The notes under the pieces are model-generated. The model ran no database searches. It had not been told where the DNA came from and saw nothing but the letters and a program-made list of their open reading frames with translations. A stretch of 64,000 nt of DNA, taken from the NCBI GenBank assembly GCA_964016885.1, contig OZ024741.1, positions 221,216,001-221,280,000 of the forward strand, given 5' to 3'. Of the stretch, positions 50,204 to 61,539 are shown piece after piece. Numbering within the stretch: position 1 is the stretch's first letter; every line of letters starts with the position of its first letter. The translations under genes and the position numbers were made by a program. The DNA comes from Eledone cirrhosa. Its lineage: Eukaryota.

Positions 50204-50279
50204 GGTGTCCCAAAAAAATGTATACCCACTTCAACAGCATTCTGATCAAAGTATGTATACATTTTGCGGTGACACCCTG
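50201..50279. mobile_element. Tiny Tc1/mariner-type MITE, with a further TIR at ~50146-50168 and a solo TIR at ~23817-23841
   Basis: gagggtgtcccaaaaaaatgtatac ... gtatacattttgcggtgacaccctg-TA. Confidence 0.7.
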
Positions 50280-50365
50280 TATATATGTGTGTGTGTGTGT
50301 GTGTGTGTCTGTATGTGTATATATATATGTGTATGTTTGCGCATATCTCTCTCTATATATATGTG

Positions 50366-50407
<42 letters not shown>

Positions 50408-50477
50408 CGTGTGTGTGTGTCTGTATGTGTATATATATATGTGTATGTTTGCGCATATCTATCTCTATATATATGTG

Positions 50478-50521
<44 letters not shown>

Positions 50522-50591
50522 CGTGTGTGTGTGTCTGTATGTGTATATATATATGTGTATGTTTGCGCATATCTATCTCTATATATATGTG

Positions 50592-50629
<38 letters not shown>

Positions 50630-50971
50630 CGCGTGTGTGTGTGTATAGATATGTGTATGTATATATGTGTATGTATACACGTATATATATGTGTGTGTGT
50701 GTGGACAATAAAAATCCCATATCTACGCTTTAATTATTTGTATGCAACAGATGGCGCTAGGATCATGATCTCATTTCCATAACAAAATCATATCAATACA
50801 TGTGTGGTAATCTATCATCATCATCATAACCACCATCATCATCATAACCACCATCATCATCATAACCACCATCATCATCACCATCATCCTAACCGCTATC
50901 GTCACCACCGCCACCATTACCCTCATCATCATCATGACCACCATCATCCTCAGCAGCAGCAGCATAACCAC

Positions 50972-51046
<75 letters not shown>

Positions 51047-51574
51047 GACAATTACCACCATCATCACCATCAACACCACCGCCACCATCATCACCACCAT
51101 CATCATCATCACTACAATCATCATCACCACCATCACCATCATCACCATCACTGCCACCATCACCTCCATCACCACCATCATCATCACCATCATCAACACC
51201 ATCACCGCCACCATCACCATCATCATCAGGTGTGCTTTACATACCCTCCTCCATGTTGGTACCAGCAAGATAAGAAATGTTTAAAGACAGTATTGTATGA
51301 CCAGATACCAGCCTTTATCTAATCTCGGCTTGTCGAACTGCTAAGTTGTGGGACATTGTTTATGTTAGACATAAACAAATGGTACTGGATATGTGTTAGC
51401 ATGAAAACATGTGTAAAGATATACACACACATACACACATATATATACACACACATACTTACATACATACACACATAAATACATACACAAACAGAAATAT
51501 ATATACACATACTTGCACATAGATACACACATATACATGCATACACACACACACATATATAAACATACACCCTC

Positions 51575-51903
51575 ATCCCACTACCCTTACCCCCACCCCC
51601 ATCTACACCTAAAGTTATGTTGGTACCACAACATCCAGTCCTAAATAAATGAGGCTATGTAGGTGTCACGACAAAAAAAAACACACAGTCCACGGTGTAA
51701 TGTGGCCATGTAGGTAACATGGTAAAAACCTCCCAGTCCACACTGTAAACGTGGTTGGTGTTAGGAAAGGCATCCAGCCGTAGAAAACCCGCCAGACAGT
51801 CCTATACAAACAAGTCAACCAATCTTACCTCACGTGGGACAATTCCCGTCTAAACCCATGCTAGCGTGGAAGATGGACGTTAAACGATGATGATGATGAT
51901 GAT
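51575..51903 (+). mobile_element. RTE family A-related 3' UTR fragment
   Basis: Collinear with ~58850-59165. Confidence 0.85.
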
Positions 51904-52124
51904 ATATATATATATATATACATGTGTATATATATATATATTCATGTGTATATATATATATATATATACCACCACCCCACTCTCAAGAGCGTGAAACTAA
52001 TAAACCTTTGTTCGTACTGCCTCTCTGTTTTGTTCCCGTTCAATTTTTTACTATATATATATATATATATATACATACATGTGTATATATATATAGATAT
52101 ATATACATGTGTATATATATATAC

Positions 52125-52162
<38 letters not shown>

Positions 52163-52167
52163 TTGTG

Positions 52168-52199
<32 letters not shown>

Positions 52200-52310
52200 T
52201 ATATACATGTATATATATGTGTATATATATATATATAAATATATATATATATATTTCGTTTCTGAATTTGTTTAGCAAGATTCTTTATCTGAAATTGTGT
52301 GTTGAAACCG

Positions 52311-52586
52311 ATATTGTTATACTTTGGGAGGGTCATGTTGCCAATAAGAAACACACGCACCAGTTGCTTTCACTTCAATTTATTATATATTTATAAATTT
52401 ATAAATTTCTGGTTGGTTGGTTGGTTCCACAACCAGATAGTTGTTTATATATAGTCATAGTTCTTTCGTCACACACTCTGTGACCTCTTCAGTGACTGGG
52501 GATTCCTTTCTTTGTTTCTGTGTCTCTCCTTTGTTCTGTCCTACGCCATTTTGTTTCTTATTGGCAACATGACCCTCCCAAAGTAT

Positions 52587-52594
<8 letters not shown>
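52311..52594. repeat. Perfect 43-bp inverted repeats enclosing a hammerhead ribozyme
   Basis: 52311-52353 is the reverse complement of 52552-52594. Confidence 0.88.
52453..52497 (-). ncRNA. Minimal type I hammerhead ribozyme
   Basis: AGTCA-CTGAAGA-G-GTCACA-gagtg-TGTGAC-GAAA-GAAC-TA-TGACT. Confidence 0.8.
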
Positions 52595-52641
<47 letters not shown>

Positions 52642-52647
52642 CACATG

Positions 52648-52688
<41 letters not shown>

Positions 52689-52914
52689 GTATATATATAT
52701 ATACACATTAGCCCAGCACATAGCTGGCATAAATAGGAATAGGCTCACTGCCTCTAATACCACCTGTTAACCCTGGAGCCAACCAACAGAACCAGCACGC
52801 GGGACGCACCGGAACCCGGACAGACCCAACTAGCACACCGGAACCCAACGATCCTGTGCTGATTGCGGAGGCTACCTAGCCAAGCCCGAGTGATGGTAAC
52901 CACGCGGTACATGT

Positions 52915-53345
52915 GGGGGGTTAAGAAGTCATGTAATTGCAGAGACCCATCACTATGCCCCCTTAGTAATGAATGCTTGACGAAAAACGTAGTCTACAGG
53001 CGCAAGGTCACAACCCCTAACTCGGAGCACCACTACATAGGATCCACAGCGACGAGCTTCAAAGCTCGGTGGTATAACCATCACCATTCCTTTAACAGAA
53101 TATATAAGAGGAAATGTACGGCCCTTTCTGAATTGATCTGGAAGCTCAAAAGACCCCGCACTCTCTTGTCTGGTCCGTGGTTAGAAAGGTTCCCTCAGAC
53201 AGAGGTGGGTCTGGAATTTTCAACCTCTGTCTTAGCGAGACACTCGAGATACTTCATGGCGGAACCAAGCTATTAAACAGAAGGACCAACTTATTTGGTG
53301 CCTGCAGACACCTAAGGACGGGAACTTTCCTCAAGCTATATGGAT
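52915..53345 (+). pseudogene. Penelope-like element GIY-YIG endonuclease remnant (frameshifted)
   Basis: SCNCRDPSLCPLSNECL, NVVY...HYIGST..SFKARWYNH..SF, TALSELIWKLK; after a frameshift, NLCLSE...LLNRRTNLFGACRH. Confidence 0.85.
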
Positions 53346-53602
53346 AAACCCCGGCCAAGGCCTCCCACAACGCCCCCTCCCCCTCTGTAGGTCCCCTACA
53401 CCCCGTACCAATGACCAATGGACAACAACAACCACCCATAGTTTGTGGTCCCTATGGTGGATGGTCCTCCGGATCCTCTACTGGTTAGGAGTCATCTAAA
53501 CCACGTTTTATTGAACCTGATTTTATATATATATATATATATATATTTTATATGTGTATATATGTGTATATATGTATATATATATATATATATATATGTA
53601 CA

Positions 53603-53937
53603 TTTTCATTTCATTTTACGTCCGCTTTTCCCTGCTTGCAAGGGTGGGACGGGAACTGAGTCTGGCTTGATTTCTACAGCTGGATGCCCTTCCTAACATC
53701 AACCTCATTTACAGTGAGTACTGGGTGCTTTTTTTCCGTGGCGCCTACATGTCCACTTTACAGTGGAATGATAGGGACCCCAGTCCCTATCATCTCATTT
53801 CTACAGCTGAGTAAACTGGAGCAATGTGAAATAAAGTGTATTGCTCAAGGAAACAACACATCACCCGGTCTGAGAATTGAACTCACAACCTTTCGATTGC
53901 AAGGCCAATGCTCTAACCACTAAGCCATGTGCCTCCA
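53603..53937 (-). mobile_element. tRNA-derived SINE family 1
   Basis: Near-identical to the other copies; lies within TA-rich tracts. Confidence 0.9.
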
Positions 53938-54187
53938 TGTATATATTTTATATGTATATATATTTTATATATGTATATATGTATATATGTAAATATGTAT
54001 ATATATTTTGTATATATATATATTTTATATATGTGTATATTTTATATATATATATATATTTTATATATATATATATATATACTTGTGCGTACATATATAT
54101 ACACACCTGTATGGATTTGTGTGTAGATGTGTGTGTGTCTGAGGGGGTAAGTGTGAGTGTATGTACAAGTCAACCAACATAAGCCTT

Positions 54188-54788
54188 TTCATCATCATCC
54201 TCATCATCGTCATTTAAGGTCCATGTTCCACGCTTGCATGGGTTTGGACGGGAGTTTTCCCACTTGAGGCAAGAGTGGTTGTCATTGCTCGCATAGGACT
54301 GTCTGGCGGGTTTTCTACAGCTGGATGCCCTTCCTAACACCAACCACATTTACAGTGTGGGGCTGGGAGGTTTTTACCATGTTGCCTACATGGCCACATT
54401 ACAGCGTGGACTGTGTGTTTGTTTGTCGTGACACCTACACGATCTCATTTGTTTCGGCCTGGATGTTGTGGCACCAACATAACTTTACATTGAAAGGGGC
54501 GGTGTGGATGGGGTGGGGGTGGTGGGACGGGGGTGTATTTTGTTAGAGATGCCTACTGACTGTAGTAGGTTTTACTTTGTATTTAGGTAAGGCGGGTCTT
54601 CTCTATTACTGAGTACCGCCAAAGGTCTCGGTCCAGTGACATTGTCTTGGAGAGGTGTAAGTGTGTGAGGTCAGAATTTATCAGCTCGTCCCAGGTTTTT
54701 ATGGGTCTGCCTACTCCGTGGCTACCGTCTATCTTTATTGCCCTGCACTTTGTTATACAGCTGTCGTCTTTCATGCGCATCACGTGCC
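54188..54788 (-). mobile_element. RTE family A 3' fragment
   Basis: GHVMRMKDDSCITKCRAIKIDGSHG...EKTRLT plus 3' UTR. Confidence 0.9.
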
Positions 54789-55324
54789 CTTTTATTTCTA
54801 AATTTTCTAAACTATCTAAGTATTTGACACTAACCATTATTTTAAGTATTACCACCCCACATTAATTCATTAAATTTGTATGTGTGGATGCGTGTGTATG
54901 TCTGTGGAGGTGGGTGTGAATGTACGTGCAAGCCAACTTACATAAGTCTTTTTATTTGTAAATTTTCTACTCTAACCATAATTTTCAGTAGCACCACTCC
55001 ACATAAATTCCTCAATTTAAGAATGACCTGTAGTATCTATTTCATACTATTAACCTTAATTGAATATATATCTGACCAGGAATGCTTTTTAGTGAAATCA
55101 GTCATATGGAACTATTGTCATCTTGCCTGACGGTTTGAACTTTACAACACCACCTGCCTCTTTGAGGTCAAATACCAACCCTACTAGCATCTACAAACTG
55201 ACCAATGAGAATTAAGACTATTATTGCTGACAACATTAAATTATTCCTAACAAGCTCATATGTCCCAAGGCTCTGATACCATCAACACTATAAACACAGA
55301 GCTGGCATATCTAAGAACTGACTA

Positions 55325-55380
55325 ACTGCCTGATGAGGTCATAGCCATTCAATGGCTATCATCGAAATATATATAGCAGT
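55325..55380 (+). ncRNA. Type I hammerhead ribozyme
   Basis: ACTGC-CTGATGA-GGTcATAGCCA-ttcaa-TGGCTATcATC-GAAA-T-ATAT-ATA-GCAGT. Confidence 0.88.
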
Positions 55381-55492
55381 AAATAAAGGATTATAAGTTC
55401 ATGCAATTGACGTATGTTTCGTCACTATATATATATATATATATAAATTTATATATATATATATATACATATAAATTTATATATATATATAC

Positions 55493-55567
<75 letters not shown>

Positions 55568-55568
<1 letters not shown>

Positions 55569-58500
55569 CGACAATGCCAAAGATAAAGATAAAGACAAAT
55601 TCACCTCTTGGACGAGAATGCGAGCACTCCTCATTGTTTCGACCGCGGACGGCTAACATAACCCCATCGCCCCCCGCCCCCCACCGCCCCCAACCCCCAA
55701 ACGCAATCCAAAACTTCAGAGTTGGTACCATAAATGTAGGCACCCTAAAGGGTCGCGCTAACGAGGTTGTAGAAATGCTTGAACGTAAGGAGGTCGACGT
55801 TTGTTGTATTCAAGAGACCAGGTGGAGGGGTGGGTCTGCTAGGTTCATTGAGGGTAAAAAACGATGTTATAAGCTTTTCTGGGTGGGAAACGACGATGGG
55901 CTGGGTGGAGTAGGAATCATGGTAGCAGAAAAGTGGGCAGATAAGATAATAGACGTAAATAGAGTGAACGACAGAATAATTAAAATACGACTTGTCCTCA
56001 ATAGAACTACGGTGACAGTAATATCTGCGTACAGTAATATCTGCGTACGCACCCCAATCCGGACTGCCCGGCACTATAAAAGACAGATTCTATGAGACAC
56101 TGATGCTAACTACCTCCCAAATATCCGACAGTGACTATATAATTATCGCAGGCGACCTAAATGGTCACGTTGGACAACATTGTGACGGCTACGACGAAAT
56201 CCATGGAGGCTATGGGTTTGGTACTAGAAATGAGGAAGGCTCCAGAATCCTGGAATTCTGTGATGCAAATAACCTAACTATCTGTCACACTAACTTCAAA
56301 AAACGTGACAATCACCTGATCACCTATAGATCCGGGGAACACACAAGCCAGGTAGATTATATCCTTACCAGAAGACGTGACAGAGTGTCTGTTGTAAACA
56401 CTAAATCCCTCCCCCATGAAGAATGCACCTCCCAACATAGACTGATAATTAACGACCTCATAGTCAGGACGAGACGTACTCGACAGCAGGAGAGGACTAT
56501 CCTCAGGAGAAAAATATGGAAGCTAAAGGACCCCACAGCCAGGAATAAATTTCAAAGCATATTACTTGATGCTTTCGACAGTAAGGAAGAACATTTAGAG
56601 TCGGACAATATAGAGGGAGAGTGGGAATTTCTGAAAGCAAACCTGCTGTTGGCGACAGACGAAGTCTGTGGCTGGAGCAGGCCTGTAGGCAGGAGGAGAG
56701 TAACATGGTGGTGGAACAGTAAGGTGGAGGGGTCAATTAAGGCCAAAAAGCAGGCTTGGAAAGTATGGCGGGATGGGGGAAGTAGAGAAGACTATCAAGT
56801 GGCCAGGAGGGAAGCTAGGAGACAAGTGTACTTAGCAAGAAGGGAAGCTGAGGAAAGAAAGTTCAAGCATGTTCTACAACGCGATGACCAAAAACGTGAG
56901 GTGTTCAGGATTGCTAGGCAATGCGTCAAGGAAAACCGTGATATTGTCGGGGAGAAGTGTGTACTAAACGACGATGGCACACTTGCCATCACCGACGCTG
57001 ATAAGAAGGTAGCTTGGAAGTGTCACTATGAAAGGCTACTAAATGAGGAGAATAAATGGGAGAAAGACAGTCTCCCCCATATCGACCCAATAGAGGGACC
57101 AGCAGTGTTAGTCGAGGGGAGTATAATAAGTAAGGCAATCAAGGATATGAAGACGGGTAAGGCGGCTGGGCCTTCGGAAATAGTTGCTGAGATGCTGAAG
57201 GCATCTGGCATGGTGGGACACACCATGGTCACCCGCATAGTTAACCAAGTCGTACAGAATGGGGTTGTTCCGAAGGACTGGCATAGCAGCATCATCGTTA
57301 ACTGTTATAAGGGTAAAGGAGACGCCCTAGATAGGAGTAACTATAGAGGCATTAAATTAATCGACCAGGTCATGAAGGTCACGGAAAAAGTAATAGCGCA
57401 ACTAATCAGAGAGAGAATTGACCTAGATGAAATGCAGTTCGGGTTTGTGTCAGGCAAAAGTACCACAGACGCTCTTTTCATAGTACGACAACTACAGGAG
57501 AAGTACCTAGCTAAAGGTAAACCCCTCTACTTAGCTTTTGTCGACTTGGAGAAAGCCTTCGACAGAGTCCCCCGCTCCATTATCTGGTGGGCTCTTAGAA
57601 AACTAGGCGTTGACGAATGGCTTGTGAGGGCTATACAAGCCATGTATAAAGAAACAGTCAGCAAGGTTAGAATTAACAACGAATATAGTGAAGAGTTTAG
57701 CGTAAAAGTTGGCGTCCATCAGGGCTCTGTTCTCAGCCCACTACTATTTATTATTGCCCTTCAGGCTATAACAGAGGAGTTCAAGACAGGCCGCCCATGG
57801 GAACTCCTATACGCAGACGACCTGACACTCATAGCGGAATCAATGGCCGAGCTAGAGAAGAAATTCCAAACATGGAAGCACGGCCTAGAGTCAAAAGGAC
57901 TTAAAATTAACCTGGCTAAGACCAAAGTACAAGTTTGTAGGAAAGAAAACAAGGCGGCGGTCCCTTCTGGGAAATGGTCGTGCTCGGTGTGTAGGAAAGG
58001 CGTAGGTAGAAACTCCATTTTATGTCCTGAATGCAAAGTATGGGTGCATAAAAGATGTAGTGGGATCACAGGTAAGCTAACTAAGAACATAGATTTTACA
58101 TGTGGCCGGTGCTCTGGTGCAATAAGTAGCAGCAAGTGCCCACAAAATACTAGCTCTTTCAATTGCGCAGAGGGTTCTATAGAAATAGTGGACAGCTTCC
58201 GTTACCTGGGCGATAAAATCAGCAGTGGGGGAGGGTGCTCTGAAAGTACTGTAGCTAGAGTCAGAACTGGTTGGAAAAAGTTCAGAGAGCTTATACCACT
58301 ATTAGCTGCTAAAGGGTTCTCCCTAAAAATGAAAGGCAGGTTGTACGATGCCTGCATACGAACAGCAATGCTGCATGGCAGTGAGACCTGGGCATTATGT
58401 GCAGAGGATATACGCAGACTAGAGAGGAACGAAGCTTGCATGCTCCGCTGGATGTGTAACAGTAATATACGTGAACGGCAAAGCATAAACGAACTAAGGA

Positions 58501-59165
58501 AAAAATTAGAGATAAGAGGGATCAGATGTTGTTTACTCGAGAGAAGGCTACGTTGGTATGGACACGTGATGCGCATGAAAGTCGATAGCTGTATAACAAA
58601 GTGCAGGGCAATAAAGATAGACGGTAGTCACGGAATAGGCAGACCTAGAAAAACCTGGGACGAGCTGATAAACTCCGACATCACACACTTACACCTCTCC
58701 AAGACAATGTCACTGGACCGAGACCTTTGGCGGTACTCAGTAACAGAGAAGACCCGCCTTACCTAAATATATAGTAAACCCTACTCCAGCCAGTAGGCAT
58801 CTCTAACAAAATACACCCCGTCCCACCACCACCACCCCCACCCCATCCACACCACCCCGTTCTATGTAAAGTTATGTTGGTGCCGCGCCATCGAGGCCGA
58901 AACAAATGAGATCGTGTAGGTGTCACGACAAAAAAACACACAGTCCACGCTGTAATGTGGCCGTGTAGGCAACACGGTAAAAACCTCCCAGACCCACACT
59001 GTAAATGTGGTTGGTGTTAGGAAGGGCATCCAACTGTAGAAAACCTGCCAGACAGTCCTATGCGAGCAAGACAATCACTCTTGCCTCAAGTGGGACTACC
59101 CCCGTCCAAACCCATGCAAGCGTGGAACACGGACGTTAAACGTTGATGATGATGATGATGATGAT
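55568..59165 (+). mobile_element. Near-intact RTE LINE family A, ORF complete from the ATG
   Basis: ATG 55574 to stop 58766, 3' UTR, (GAT)n tail; begins right after (TA)n. Confidence 0.96.
55574..58766 (+). pseudogene. RTE APE-RT polyprotein (~1058 aa if repaired), split by one 16-bp duplication
   Basis: ORFs 55574-56095 and 56103-58766 join in frame (TVISAYAPQSGL...) when the duplicated acagtaatatctgcgt (56015-30/56031-46) is removed. Confidence 0.93.
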
Positions 59166-59259
59166 ATATGTAGATAAATCTATATGTAAATAAAGGATTA
59201 TAAGTTCATGCAATTGACCTATGTTTCGTCACTATATATATATATATATATATATATAA

Positions 59260-59300
<41 letters not shown>

Positions 59301-59344
59301 AATTTATATATATATATATACATATATATATATACATATAAATT

Positions 59345-59427
<83 letters not shown>

Positions 59428-59506
59428 AGATAAATCTACCAAAATATACGGTAGTGTATGGTATATATGTATATATATATATATACATATAAATTTATAT
59501 ATATAT

Positions 59507-59734
59507 ATACAAGTTAATATAAATTAATATATTTGATAAACACAAATACCAACATATCCATGTTTGTATTGTAAACGACTAAGTTAGCTAGATTGAAAAA
59601 TACTAATTATACTAATTATACTGTATTAGTATAATTAGTATTTTTCAATCTAGCTAACTTAGTCGTTTACAATACAAACATGGATATGTTGGTATTTGTG
59701 TTTATCAAATATATTAATTTATATTAACTTGTAT
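59507..59734. repeat. Perfect 110-bp inverted repeat with an 8-nt loop
   Basis: 59507-59616 is the exact reverse complement of 59625-59734. Confidence 0.95.
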
Positions 59735-59957
59735 TACACGGCTCAGAAATACTTCTTTCTTTGAGCTATTTCTTTGTAAAGGACTACCTGAGTCTTGAAC
59801 TCATTATTAATAGTATATATATATGTATGAATTAAGTGATTCCGGCGGAAAGTGCTTTCAAGAAACCACTGGTAAATGAAATAATTAATCTTATGTTACA
59901 TAACTATATATTACATAACTATATATATATACATATAAATTTATATATATATATATA

Positions 59958-60300
59958 TGGAGGCACATGGCTTAGTGGTTAGAGCATTGGCCTTGCAATC
60001 GAAAGGTTGTGAGTTCAATTCTCAGACCGGGTGATGTGTTGTTTCCTTGAGCAAGACACTTTAATTCACATTGCTCCAGTTTACTCAGCTGTAGAAATGA
60101 GATGATAGGGACTGGGGTCCATATCATTTCACTGCAGAATGGTCATGGAGGTGCCACGGCAAAAAAAGCACCGTGTACTCACTGTAAATGAGGTTGGTGT
60201 TAGGAAGGGCATCCAGCTGTAGAAATCAAGCCAGAATCAGTTCCCGTCCCACCCTTGCAAGCAGGGAAAAGCAAACATAAAATTAAATGATGATGATGAT
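59958..60300 (+). mobile_element. tRNA-derived SINE family 1
   Basis: As 49732-50073; inserted in (TA)n. Confidence 0.92.
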
Positions 60301-60313
60301 ATACATATAAATT

Positions 60314-60344
<31 letters not shown>

Positions 60345-60635
60345 TATATATATGGAGAGAGAGGGAGATTAGAAGAATGAGAAGAACCAGAATAACGAGG
60401 CAGATTAGACTAAGGAAGAGATATAGTTACAATGATGTACAAGTCAATGAAAGAGAATGACGAAAAAGTTTGAAACAGTTGGAGAGTAGCCAGCATTACA
60501 GTCCAGACCAGTTAAACCTCTCTTACACTGACCTTGTCTAGTCCAGCTTCTTAACATGGCTCATTTCCAAATTTTTCTCTTTTATTTTGTTGTTTTTTTT
60601 AAATCTATTGTAGAGACTAAAAGTTTGGTATGTCG

Positions 60636-61043
60636 GGTGATGAGTTGTAGCATGTGTTGGTAGCTCTGATCACGTGATCAGTTGTAGAGTGTGTTGGTAG
60701 GTGTTGTTATAGTAGTTGTTGTTGTTGTTAAGACCCAGTTCAGCTCTGATCAAGTGATCAGTTGTAGCATGTGATGGTAGTTGTTGTTGTTAAGAACCAG
60801 ATCAGTTCTGACCAAGTGATGAGTTGTAGCATGTGATGGTAGCTCTGATCAAGTGATCAGTTGTAGCATGTGTTGGTAGTTGTTGTTGTTGTTAAGAACC
60901 AGATCAGTTCTGACCAAGTGATGAGTTGTAGCATGTGATGGTAGCTCTGATCAAGTGATCAGTTGTAGCGTGTGTTGGTAGTTGTTGTTATAGTTGTTGT
61001 TGTTAAGACCCACATCAGCTTTGATCTGGGTCTTAACAACAAC
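60636..61043. repeat. Complex tandem repeat ending in a foldback hairpin
   Basis: Units gatcagttgtagcatgtg(t/a)tggtag...; terminal tgttgttgttaagaccca..tgggtcttaacaacaaca. Confidence 0.75.
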
Positions 61044-61539
61044 ATTAGAGTCCCTTCTAGTCCCTTCTAGTCATGAGTGACCATGGGAGTCTAAGACATG
61101 AGAGCCATTTCTTTAATGTTTCTCAGTCCACTTCAGTTTGTGATTAAATACAGTTACTTATCAACATCCATATGCACAAATATATACATGTGTATATGCA
61201 TAAGAGTGTTATCCCTGAATTTGTTAATACATGCTAGCATAGGTTAGATGAGTCGTCAAATCAGGTGACCATGTCTATGGCTTGTCTCACAATAGCACAA
61301 CTCATCTAACCCATGCTAGCCTAGAAAAATGGACATTAAACGGTCATGGTGATGATGATGATGATAAATGGTAATATTTATTATATACTGGAATCATATG
61401 TTTATTAATGGAGGTAGTATATTAAATTTACTATCATTACCTTGGTTAACATATTTCTTTTACACAGTAGCAATTAATATTTTTTCAAATATTTGTCTTA
61501 TTTAATAAGCTAAATTGACTGTTAGTATTTTACCATCTA

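Noticed and set aside
50771-51322. Poly-His/poly-Met ORFs
   Set aside because: (CAT/CAC)n trinucleotide repeat; no splice or domain support.
60355-60480. Purine-rich stretch as a host exon
   Set aside because: No long open frame, convincing splice sites or recognisable protein; a small exon elsewhere in the window cannot be excluded.
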